A DNA stretch of 64,000 nucleotides from Octopus vulgaris (lineage: Eukaryota). Position numbers and translations under genes: made by a program. Under the pieces are notes generated by a model, which was not told the origin of the DNA, searched no databases, and worked only from the letters and a program-made list of their open reading frames with translations. This document shows, one piece after another, positions 13,430 through 25,871 of the stretch (its first letter is position 1; each line of letters begins with the position of its first letter). The stretch covers positions 75,392,001 to 75,456,000 of the forward strand of contig OX597830.1 in the NCBI GenBank assembly GCA_951406725.2, read 5' to 3'.

Positions 13430-14948
13430 ATATATACACTCACACACACATATATATATATGTATATATATATTTCTTTTACTACTGCGCTACGATATTA
13501 ATCTTCGCGTAATATTGTAGAAGTGATTCAGCAATTCTGGCGAACAAGCCCTCCGCCTCCAAAAAACACACACACAAATACTGTAGAACATTGGTAATAA
13601 AATTAAGGTGTCAGTATAAAGACTCTTCATAAGTGTCATAGTCTGGAAAATAAAATAGGGTCTGGAAAATAAAATAGCTTGGGCCCTTGTCTAACCCTCG
13701 CAACTAACCAAGAGAAAAAAAAACAAAAAAAATACACACCCAAATAATGTACAATCCAACAGGGATGAATCAACAGTAAACAAGGAAGAAAAGAATAGCT
13801 CCAAAAAAACTCCAACCCTAACACTGTCAAGTAATAATTATTGGAAAGAATTATTAGCGCCAACACAAATTAATGAATGAAATGACTTAGAAAATACGAT
13901 GGATAGAATTAAGTGAAAGTTTGAAAAGATGAAACGTTTACAAATTGAAAACAGACTACAAAGCATCGAAATATACAAACAACATAAAAGAACAGGACTC
14001 TAATCAAAGAAAGTAACCGCACTTCAGAAATAATTAGAAAACAAACACGGGAAATAGTTGTAACAGCCTTAAAGTAAATAACGTGCGATAGAGAGAGGGG
14101 GATAATCAGAGAATATAGCGATGAAATAAGGGGCAACTCGAACCAGAAAAGCTAACAGATGTCATTTTTGGAAACAAGGATTTAATAAGTGATAAATTGC
14201 GAAAAGGTAGATAGAGCTACAGTGAGTTTTAAATAAGGGGCCCAATAGTGTCACGTTCAAGAATGCTTAAACAGCTTCCGTAGAAGGTTTATACATCTGA
14301 CTAACAGGATTTTAATATTGCTCCAATTTTAGAATATATTCATCCGCAGCTTGTACGAAAACGATTTTAATGTCACAAGCTTTTTTTTTTGAACTAGTGA
14401 AGACTAAATCTTGAACGGTTACGAATTTGGAAAATGAATAAAAATGAGAAGAGTAAAATTAATATTTTTTTTTCTCTGTAAAGGGAAGTCTTTATTAGGA
14501 AAAATATGAAAGCAATATCTATACCTCATATAAGAAAATAATATATATTTTCTGTATGTACGTATTACAGATCAATCACAAATATCCTAACATCAACACT
14601 GAGCGGTTATATATTAATGCCTTTTTATATCTAGGAAAGCTGATAACGTCAGTAATAAACACATAGCTTGGTGTTGGTTCTTCCGACTAAAATCGTTCGA
14701 TGGATGCAGGTTAATAACTGAAACAAGTAAATAAGAAGACATATATCATGCGATAATGTAGAACAAATAGGAGCTAAATCTCAAGAAGATAAGCTTAAAT
14801 CTAATATAATCTACATAAAGCGGAGAATATTCCATGAGCATTCGCATAAGTTTGTTCTCCGGGGTGTTGCTGCCTTAAATGCAGTCTTAAACTATACAAA
14901 ATATCGTAACAAAATCCAGAGCACTACGGTTGCTATCATCCAGTCGAT

Positions 14949-15270
14949 TAGAGGATCTCAACCATTTTTTACCTATGGACATTTTTGACTGCTGTTTTAT
15001 TCGAGTGAATCCCATAGCCATTCGATGTTTAGACACTAATTTTATAGATACTTCTTTCAGACTTCCTGTTTTGTTTTTCACACATTAACTTGTGTAGGTT
15101 AAACTATGTAAAACACTAAAGAAAGACAACCAAGCTGCCTGTTGCAATACATCGAAAGCAAAATTTCTTCACTACTACAGGTCGCCAATTACCTATTTTG
15201 CTTCAGTAGCTCACCGAAATTCTCATACGGACTTCCAATTGGTCATATGGACACCGGTTGAGAACCTCTG
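14949..15270. mobile_element. hAT-type MITE
   Basis: TIRs TAGAGGATCTCAACC / GGTTGAGAACCTCTG; 8-bp flanks CAGTCGAT and CACTAGAT (6/8 match), consistent with a decayed 8-bp TSD. Confidence 0.7.
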
Positions 15271-16000
15271 CACTAGATGGATGATATACTGACAAATACA
15301 AAATGTGAGAATGAGATACTGATTACCAATCACTAAGATATTGCTTTAGCGTGAATGTGGATCAGGATATTCGAGCCCTGGGAAAGCACTACCAGGGGTA
15401 GCACTAACTAGACACAATTTGGGATTTGATCGACCGAGGCTGGATCATTTAGTTAATGGATGTCTAATATTGAAAAACCTGAAACATGTAATGACCCCAA
15501 GAATCATCACTGGTGATGTCTCCAGATACATCAGAGGATGATGTAGGAAAAAAAATGTGAAAACGCTTTCCACACTCGAAAACTCTTTAGCTCCATCTTC
15601 AGTTGGATTTTGACAAATGCCCTGACGCTAGATTCAAAACATTGATATATTATGTCGATATATTAAAGGTACATTGGACTTCGGCTGTGCAGAGATACTG
15701 CCTTCAGTGTTTTCATTTTGCATTTTAGCTGACCAATATAAAACATGGAATGTATTTTTGTCATATTTTATATTTCTAGGACTATCGATTTCTACTATTA
15801 TCGATCAGTAAAGAAAATCAACTTAAAGCATCATTTTTTACATACGTGCACTCCAGCGATATATATGTACACGTACACATACAGGCACACACACAGCCAC
15901 GTCCATGCACACGCGCGCGCGTGCATATAGATATCTATAATTATATCTATCTATCTATCTGCATATATATACATACACACGCGCACACACACACACACAT

Positions 16001-16035
<35 letters not shown>

Positions 16036-16526
16036 GGATCGAAACTTAAACGACTCTTTCACTTTCCTTGCGTTAAACTAATACATCTATACATCTGTTT
16101 GTTGTTTACACACACATCTTCGTCTTTTGTATTTTTGTAAATTCTTACTACATATATAAATATATATATATACACACACACATATATATATACATACACA
16201 CACATAAAATTAGCTGAAGATTACTTGACATATTATATCTGCTGTAATATTTACAGCTTTTAATAAAATGTTGTAGTATGAAACAATTGTACTAAATTAC
16301 CAGATCCATTTTTGTTGCTTATTTTTTATTATAATCACCCCGCATATTTTTATGGGTAATACCATAGAAAATTCTGGTGCATCTGAATTAAGTACCATAT
16401 TCATTTGAATCTAAATTGTTTGCTGAACTTATATATATATAGTGAGAATTTACCAAAAAACAATTTGATTCGGTTTCTGTAGGCCCCAAATGAAGCCGAC
16501 TCCTTTAGACTTGTGGAATAACATAA

Positions 16527-16727
16527 ATACATACATGCAAATATGCATACATACATACATACATGCATACATACATACATACATACATACATACATACAT
16601 ACATACATACATACATACATGCATGCATACATACATACATACATACATACATACATACATACATACATACATACATACATACATACATACATACATACAT
16701 ACATGCATGCATACATACATACATACA

Positions 16728-16761
<34 letters not shown>

Positions 16762-16891
16762 CATACATACATACATACATACATACATGCATGCATACAT
16801 ACATACATACATACATACATACATACATACATACATACATACATACATACATGCATGCATGCATACATACATACATACATACATACATACA

Positions 16892-16925
<34 letters not shown>

Positions 16926-16930
16926 CATAC
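16527..16930. repeat. (CATA)n microsatellite, about 400 bp, with CATG interruptions
   Basis: Direct reading; explains the overlapping MYVC/HTYI ORFs. Confidence 0.97.
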
Positions 16931-17302
16931 ACACTAACACACTATTTTTTACAAGAGTGCTGCTGACGGTGACACCAAAGTTTTGCGCGTTTGGACTTCA
17001 GAAAATTCGAATTCGCTGTCGACACTTCTCTTGTAAGAGAATAATACGTAAGTTCTTTACAAAACTTTTTTGAACAGTTATTTAATCTAATGTAAAAGTG
17101 TTCTTAATTATAAGTCGACAATGCGGTCGATGAAATATAGTACAAATTTAACAGCAGAATCAATGTAATCTACTCTCCTACACAATTTCAGGTTCTTCTT
17201 GTCTCTATAGTAGAAGCAAGATTTAATGTGCGTGTGTGTGTCCATATGAGAGGTCCTTTCAAGGTAAATAACGCACCTTACTGTGTATGTATGTGTGTCT
17301 GC

Positions 17303-17344
<42 letters not shown>

Positions 17345-17459
17345 GTAGATGTACATATAAATATATATCAGTGTCTGTGTATGTATATATTATACTATAT
17401 ATATATATATATATATATATACTTAAAGGGAAAGTTTACGAAAATAAATATATATATAT

Positions 17460-17519
<60 letters not shown>

Positions 17520-18358
17520 GATATATGTTTATATACGCATGTGTGTGTAGTGTTAGTGTGCGTACATGCGTGCGTGCGTGAGCGTGTTTAATGATTTCGG
17601 TGCTGTCGCCACCTAATATACATTTAATGGATTTAATGTTTGTGGTAAAGGAGATCCTTCTGGCAGTTAATCTGAAGTGTTATTGGATACAAAATGGCTG
17701 ACACGCCAGATAAAAACAGACTCGTGGTTCCGAAATATTGATTTCATATTTAGGCACTAGGTCAACGCTTTTTATTTATTTATCTAATTTATCTCTTGTA
17801 TTTATCTTTATTTTTGTTGGTAGGGGTTGGATATCCAATAGTTGATTATATCAACGAAACTACTTTACAGATCATTATTTTATCAAACCGCAGTAGGATG
17901 AAATGTGAAGTCGATTTGTCAATGTTGTAATATAATTCCGTTAAGCTCAAAGTTGCTTTATCTTCATTTCCGTCAAATGCTTGTTTTTTCTTAATTTCCG
18001 TCAAGTGCTGCTACATTGGTCCGTCCTTGGACAGTTCCAGTAACATATCAGTTTCTCTATGAGAGAAGGTCGTTGGTCTCCATGTTCGATATTTCTCCGA
18101 ATCTGGTGTGATGGGTAGGGAAGGATGCGAACAGATGTGTGATCAGTAAGGATCGATGGTAAACACCAAGAATGAAAAGGAGGAAAAGTAGTAGTAGTGG
18201 TGGTGGTGGTGGTGGTGGTGGTAGTAGTATTAGTAGTAGTAGTTGTTGTAGAAAATGAGGAAGAAAATGAAGAAAAAGGAGAAGCAGAAGAAAAAGAACA
18301 TCTACTACTACTACTACAAGACAAGACAAAGTAGAACAACACCAACAACAATGACTAT

Positions 18359-18416
<58 letters not shown>

Positions 18417-18471
18417 ACTTCTACTACTACTATTACTACTACTACTGCTAGTACTACTACTGCTGCTGCTG

Positions 18472-18508
<37 letters not shown>

Positions 18509-18539
18509 AACTACTACTACTACTACAACTACAACTACA

Positions 18540-18586
<47 letters not shown>

Positions 18587-19346
18587 AAGACAAAGAAGAA
18601 AAAGAAGTGCATTATTTCACCAGTACTTTATGCATCAACCATGGTAACCTTGTCCTCAGCCGATTTGGATTGGAAAAGCGGAGAGTGAGAAAGAATACGT
18701 TAAGCAAGTCTATCTGAATTCTGACAATTACTCTCCTAGGATACCTCATTGGAATATTCCATTGATAGCAGTGTTTGACTGGTTCTCTGTTTTGTCTTCC
18801 TGAGGAGGATAACCGGTAAAATTGGCTCAGCGTGAATTGAATTCAGAACATAAAGCCCTAAAACAAATATCACAAACACTTAGATCGATGCGCCAACGAT
18901 TCCGTCAATTTGTTAACCATCTACCCCCAATCAGGGGCGAACTGCAACCCGCGTGCCGTGCGAAGCCAACGGAACTTTCTAAGTGGTAATCCTATCGAAA
19001 AATTACCTTGTGGCTTTTGGTAGTGCCAGCTACATGATGATGTGTCAAATCTTATGCGGCCGCTTCTTCGTGGCAAAATACGTATAGAATGTACTCGTAT
19101 TTTTCCAGTTTTCGAATTCCAGACGCTTAAGTACTAAAGTAAAAAGGAGATTGAATTACATACAGAGAAAAGACAGACCTATAGAAAGAATTAGAGAGTC
19201 ACACGGTGAGAGAATGTGTCACAAATAGACAGAAAGAATGAAACAGAAAGACAAAATTGCTTTATGTATTGTAGACAATGGCATATGGACAAGGCCAGAA
19301 ATTTGAAGAAAGAGGTTAGGTGATTGCATCTACTGCAGTACTTGAC

Positions 19347-19382
<36 letters not shown>

Positions 19383-19801
19383 TGAGTTAGAGAGAGAGAG
19401 AGAGTCTGGGGAAAGAAATTGAAAGAAAGAAAGAGAGAAAGAGGAAGTAAGGAAGCAAGGTAATCTGAACAAAATAGGTACACACACACACCTTATCTTT
19501 GTCGACCCTTGAAGTATATGTAGCAATGCTGACCTAAGCCAAATTTCAACTAAAACAGTGAAGTGCCGTATTCAAATACCGCAAAATATCGTGTTGGATG
19601 ATATCTCGTTCTACTAATCCACCTTCCGGAAACAAATCTAGAATTAACTGTTTGTAACGTAAGCAAAAGTCAGATATTTAGGAGAGGGTTTACCCTATTG
19701 AACTACTCCTAGTACTTGACTAGTACTATATTTTATCGATCCTATAAAGATATCCAGATAATTTCTGGATATATTGAAATAAATTGACGAAATATAGTCT
19801 A

Positions 19802-20359
19802 CGGGGTTGGGGTGCTGAAAAGTTTTTGGCTTTGGATAAAAGAAAATATAGGAGGATCAGGTAATCTTTATATATAAAAGTAAGGTTGTGTGTCTGTCTC
19901 CTGCGATTTAGATTCCTAACTACTTCCACGTTTTGCGGTGCAGTTTAACCAAAACCGGGTATCCTATAGTCGTGATTCATATCGAGCCCTTCTGGGTATT
20001 AGCGCGCGTCTACGATGAGTCTACGATTTTAAAAATAATTTACCGTCATTTTTTCCATTTTAATGCATTTTTTTCGCTATTATATAAGGGAAGTAACTCT
20101 CTAAAAATGTCTACGATGAGTCAACGATTTAAAAAAAAAATTTTGCTATTTTTTTGCTATAACACTCTAAAAATGCTTTATAGTTACTTCCCTTACAAAC
20201 CCGAGCAACGCCGGGCGATACTGCTAGTTACAATACAATTCAACATACTTCCCTCTCAGAATCGCACATTTATTGCAGCAGACATTCAGTTTTGCTAAGC
20301 CCTATCTGGGAAAGGGCTTGCGATACCCTTAAGGCCAGGAACTTTTCAGCAATCTCTCG
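19802..20359. mobile_element. Mariner-type MITE interrupted by the Helitron
   Basis: Imperfect TIRs (GGTGCTGAAAAGTTTTTGGCTTT / AAGGCCAGGAACTTTTCAGCAAT), TA on both flanks. A partial uninterrupted copy lies at 53066-53171. Confidence 0.8.
19865..20227 (+). mobile_element. Complete non-autonomous Helitron (363 bp)
   Basis: A|TC 5' end at 19864/19865, subterminal hairpin CCCGAGC-AAC-GCCGGG (20200-20215), 3' CTAG|T at 20224-20228, no TSD. It interrupts a mariner-type MITE. Confidence 0.88.
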
Positions 20360-20449
20360 TATACTTATCGCTAAAGTTATCCAATTGTTGCATAGCTCTA
20401 CGACTTCGACAAGTTGGAAAAAAAGGACTAAAGTTTCTGAAATATACCA

Positions 20450-20601
20450 GCGCAGGCTTGGGTGTGGTAAGAAGCTTGCTTCCTAACCACATGGTTCCGG
20501 GTTCAGTCCCACTGCGTGGCATCTTGTCTTCTACTATAGCCTCAGACCAACCAAAGCCTTGCGGGTGGATTTAGTAGACGGAAACTGAAAGAAGCCCGTC
20601 G

Positions 20602-20633
<32 letters not shown>

Positions 20634-20868
20634 ATGTATGTATGTATGCATGTATTTGTTATTTGTGTCTGCGTTTGTCCCCCCACCATCGCTTGACAAC
20701 CGATGTTGGTGAGTTTACGTCCCCGTAACTTAGTCGTTTGACAAAAAGATTCCGATAGAATAAGTACTAGGCTTACAAAAATATGTCCTGGGGTCGATTT
20801 ACTCGACCAAATGTGGTGCTGCAGCATGGCTGCAGTCAAATGACTGAACCAAGTAAAAGAGTAAAAGA
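20450..20868 (+). mobile_element. SINE family B
   Basis: Colinear with 10659-11080. Confidence 0.9.
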
Positions 20869-20894
20869 ATAGTTTCAACTTTTTATTTAATACC

Positions 20895-21082
20895 AGTAGT
20901 TTTTGATGGGTGGGGTACGTTTATTTCATCGACCCCAGCGCTTGACTGGAACTTATTTTATCAACCCTGAAATGATGAAAGACATTGGTGACCTCGGTAG
21001 AATTTGAGCTCAAAATGCAAAGATGCAGGAAACCCCGCTAAAACATTTTATTGAGTGTGCTAATGGTTCTGCCAGCTCGTTG
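20895..21082 (-). mobile_element. Diverged family-A SINE
   Basis: ATCGACCCCAG...GACCTCGGTAGAATTTGAGCTCA...TTCTGCCAGCTCG. Confidence 0.7.
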
Positions 21083-21322
21083 CGTGAAACATGGTAAATA
21101 ACAGAAGAAACGAAGGAAAATTGGACCCCGAATAAAGGGGTTAGTTTAGTAAGAGAAAGAGAGACGGAAACTAGAAAAAAGGGGGAGAGAAAATTTCGAG
21201 AGCGAAGGAGAATAAAATTTGAGAGAGAGAGAGAAAGTGAGTTAGAGAGAGAGTCTGGGGAAAGAAATTGAAAGAAAGAGAGAAAGAGTAAGTAAGGAAG
21301 CAAGGTAATCTGAACAAAATAG

Positions 21323-21482
<160 letters not shown>

Positions 21483-21804
21483 CAAAGATATAAAAAAATG
21501 CCCAAAGACTAAAAATACTAAACGGTGTATTTGTTTCGACATACGGACAGACTGATAGAGCGACAGGTGTCGGTAAAATCGGTTGTCATCACTACATATA
21601 TATCAAAGAATATTCGGCTTTCTTTTGAAAAAGCGCCGAGTCGGATTCTTTAATGACTTCACTCATTTATCACGGAAGGTTTGGGGAGTCATAAATTCCA
21701 GCCATGCACGCTAATTGTAGTCCCTACTGGTTCTCTACGCAGTTGTGTTCGTGTGTATGTGAGTAGGCTTGCACGTGTTTGTGTGCCTCCGTGTGTGGAT
21801 ACAC

Positions 21805-21846
<42 letters not shown>

Positions 21847-21856
21847 GTATCTCTTT

Positions 21857-21985
<129 letters not shown>

Positions 21986-22120
21986 TATGTGTGTATATGT
22001 GTGTGTGTGTGTGTATTTATATACACACAAGTAAACATGCGCAAATGTATACACAAACATGTGTATATATATATGCATAAACACACCTAAATTCATACCT
22101 ATGCATATATACATACACAG

Positions 22121-22157
<37 letters not shown>

Positions 22158-22168
22158 CCTATATATGT

Positions 22169-22212
<44 letters not shown>

Positions 22213-22302
22213 ATGTATATGTATATATATATACAGAGAGAGAGAGCGCGAGAGAGAGAGGTGAGAGAGAGTGATAGATAGACAGCCAGACAGTCAGCCG
22301 AC

Positions 22303-22349
<47 letters not shown>

Positions 22350-23096
22350 CAGACAGATAGATAGATAGATAGATACGGATATATATGTTTACTTATGCGT
22401 GTGTATGTAGATACACATGTGTGTATATGTGTATGTGTGTGCGTTTGTGTAGGTACTTAAAGAAATTTTTTTTTATAATTTCAAGCCTTTAACTGCGGAA
22501 ATTTAAACAGATGTGAATACAGCACTTATTGTGTTCACAGACCGTAAAGAACAAAGACAAGAGCAAGATTTATTTACATCTGTTTAAAGATTCACAGCGA
22601 GCGACTTAAAAAACAAAAAGAACGTGGTTTGTTAACTATAAATTTATCCAAGCTTTTGTAATATACTTTGTGCTAAAGAGAAATATTTATTGATCTATTT
22701 ATTGTATGTGTTGGCCTATGAGCGTGTATTTGTAAATGTGATTTAATATAACATCGCCATTTCTAATAAGATCAGTGTTGTGTCAAAATCTTTTACTTGC
22801 TTCGATTACTGGGCTACGGCCACGCTGGGGTACTTACTGCCTTGAACGGTTTTTGTCGAACAAATCGGCCTCGGCACTTGAATTCTTTTTAAAGTCTGGT
22901 ACTTATTGTATTGGTCCTCTTTACCGGAGCGCTAGGTTGCGGGGATGTAAAATGACCAACGCTGGTAGACAAGAGGTGGTGGAGGACAAACACAAGCACA
23001 TATAGATATATACTATATACACACACACGCACATATCAATAAATCTATCTATATATCTTCATATCAAAATAAGCAACAAGGATATCCAGAGGTAAT

Positions 23097-23186
23097 GCGG
23101 TAAGATCGTTTCATGCTACTCCATTTAATTGAACAATGCAATCATTTCATTACATCAATTTAAAATGTAGAACAATCTTCAGCTGC
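23097..23186 (-). ncRNA. Type I hammerhead-like motif with long stem II (decayed)
   Basis: Minus strand: GCAG-CTGAAGA-[imperfect long hairpin]-GAAA-CGATCT-TA-CCGC. Two substitutions would give a CGATCG palindrome and a GCAG/CTGC stem I. Confidence 0.55.
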
Positions 23187-23297
23187 ACAAATACATAGAA
23201 TTTAATTTATGTATCTTCATAAATATATATATATTTATAATCACACACACACAGCACACACAGCACACACACGCACACACAAACACACACACATATA

Positions 23298-23544
23298 TAG
23301 GGTGTTCTAAAAGTCTCTCCGCAGTAAGTATTTTATTGCGAAATAAATATTTATAAGATGGTATAAGACTACAAAAGAATATATTAGACTTTACAAGACT
23401 TTAAAACAAAACTTTGTAACAGGTGTTGAAAGTATCGTCCGTCATTTTCAATATAAAAGTCTACTCTTCTATACATGCTTTTAAATACATCTTGGAGAGT
23501 TAGGATTTTAAAATATCAATGCGGAGGGACTTTTTGAACACCCG
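23298..23544. mobile_element. Tc1/mariner MITE
   Basis: About 25 bp TIRs GGGTGTTCTAAAAGTCTCTCCGCA / TGCGGAGGGACTTTTTGAACACCC, with TA flanks. Confidence 0.82.
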
Positions 23545-23811
23545 TATTATATATATATATTCATCCCCCACACACAGACATATATATTCACACACATACA
23601 CACACACACCTTTTAATATTTCGAAATATTATATTAGACTATGAATAATTAAATTATTTATAACAGTTATTATAGTCCACTCTGCATTGTTGTGCCATTG
23701 CAGACACGTCACATTTCATCATCGCGCGCGCGCGTGCACACACACATATATGCGTGACGGGATTCTTTCAATCTTCGTCTACCAAAGTCCGTTCTCAAGG
23801 CATTGGTTGAT

Positions 23812-24346
23812 CCAGGGACCGAAATATTTTCCCACGCGAGTTCCGGACCCCAGTAATGAACTCATTTGCATACAGCCAATCAGAGATCACCTTGACCTTG
23901 TTGTCAAGTTAACAATCATACTCTACCAAGTAAACTCAAAACGAAGAACGGGTGTTGTAAATCGACTGATTGCCAAATTATGCCTGGTTTTAGAAGGAGA
24001 CAAGTAATTAGATAGATTTGCATCTATACCTATTATTGGATTTTGTCAGGGGGCCCTATATGGTAAAGATGTGGATGGGAAAAATGTGGGTAGAGGGTGA
24101 TGTACTGACAACCCTCTCCCCTTTCTGTTTTACAAAGTAAACAGCCACACAAATAACTACGCAGAGGCAGTCATGGTTGAAACAAGAACAAGAACAAGAA
24201 GAATTCTTAAAAGAGAAAAGAATCATGGTCTTTCCTTACCCAAATGCGCTCATAAATTAGTTTGATAGTTGAGCTCTGATTGGCTGTATGTAAATGATTC
24301 ATCACTGGGGTCCGGAACACTCGTGGGAAAAAAATTCGCGTCCGGG
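23812..24346. mobile_element. Unclassified TIR element (about 535 bp) inserted into a family-B SINE
   Basis: About 75 bp imperfect inverted arms at 23812-23890 and 24270-24346. The flanks join to form a contiguous minus-strand SINE-B head. Confidence 0.8.
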
Positions 24347-25640
24347 ATATAGCAAAAGATGCTCACCCACATTTCTGTGTAGGAGAACTGCACCCAAAAA
24401 CCACATGACTGGGAAGCAAGTATCCGCACGTGACTGCACGCTTTATGTCAAATTCGACATTCAGAATGCAGTGTGAGATGAAAATATATAACGGTCATGC
24501 TTTTATTTTATTTTTATTTTAGGAGTCACCGCTGATGTGAGCAGATATAGATTCCGTCCATGCCCTTCCAGCTTTGACCCGCTGATATGTGAAAGTCATG
24601 ACAATTGTTGTGTGAGAGGAATGTATCACCACTCAGCTGCTATTCATCTTCAGTTTAGTTGGCTGTTGTAACCTGAAAGTAAGTGCCTTGCTCAAAGACA
24701 CAACACGCTACCGGTTCCAGGGATTGTAACAGTACCATCCTGAGCCCAATACTGAACCCAGTACTGTAACCATTAATCAGGTGCCTTCACACACAAAACA
24801 TATGTATAAGGAAATAACACTTGTCTCCTAAAATCCTGACCTTTGATCAAAGTAACATCACGCAAATAATGAATTGCTGATGAGAACTAACAAGATTGAA
24901 ACATAGCTGAACTTATCAATCTTCAATTGTTTTGTACAATATATTCTTGATTTTTTGAAACGTTCTTGCTTCAACAAGGCTTTTGTTTTCTTTTTGAAAT
25001 TTAAAATTAAATTTCAATTAATTCAGTTATTGCATACATCAAAACAGTCTTTGCAGCACTATAGGCCTGCCTCCAGAGAGAAACGAAGCCTCGAATACCT
25101 AAATACTTAAACTCATCACACATAGAATAATATTGGGCTCCTGGTCTCTTAGGCGCCGTCCAACTCTCCAGCGTGACCATGCCTTAATATTGTGCATACC
25201 ATCCACCTTAATTATTTAATTTTTGCCACTCGCCCACTTGATATATTTTCCTTCGTTCTGTAACTTATGTGCTTATAAAATAGTAATATCCATTGATCGA
25301 CGTAACCTTGCAAAGACACTACTTTGCTGATGTGATTTAATAAGAGTAAATTATGTCTGCAGCTGTTACCGTTCTCACTAATAAATATCAGCTTCCTGCC
25401 CTTAATGTGAAATGTCACTTTTTTTTTAGTCTTTATCTTTTGTGAAGGTCATTGCTCTAGAAAGATATAGTAAACGTTTCCAAGAGTTTGCGATTCGATA
25501 ACAAATTTGTTTGTTCTCCCGTCTGACGACTGGTGGTGGTTTGTTTAAGTCCCTGTAAACTAAACCCGGCAAAAAGAATCGATTGAGTAAGTACTGGAAT
25601 TAAATGCTGGGGTTAATTTGTGCCACTGACCCTACAACTT

Positions 25641-25871
25641 ATTTCTTTATTGCCCACAAGGGGCTAAACAGAGTGGACAAACAAGGACAGACAAAGGGAT
25701 TAAGTCGATTACATCAACTCCAGTGCGTAAATGGTACTTAATTTATCGACCCCGAAAGGATGAAAGGCAAAGTCGACCTCAGTGGAATTTGAAATCAGAA
25801 CATAAAAACAGACGAAATACCGCTAATCACTTCGCCCGGCTTGCAAACGATTCTGCCAGCTCACCGCCTTA
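25641..25871 (-). mobile_element. SINE family A, full length, inserted into an older family-B SINE
   Basis: Perfect 16-bp TSD ACTGACCCTACAACTT at 25625-25640 and 25872-25887. Confidence 0.92.

Noticed and set aside
16401-17073. Long overlapping MYVC/HTYI ORFs
   Set aside because: Translations of (CATA)n. The same applies to the YLSI, poly-I, poly-R, poly-S and poly-T ORFs throughout.
24523-24678. Apparent exon (pyrimidine tract-AG ... AAA/GTAAGT)
   Set aside because: The longest open frame stops before the donor, and the donor lies in what looks like a decayed antisense SINE head (GTGCCTTGCTCAAAGACACAACAC).
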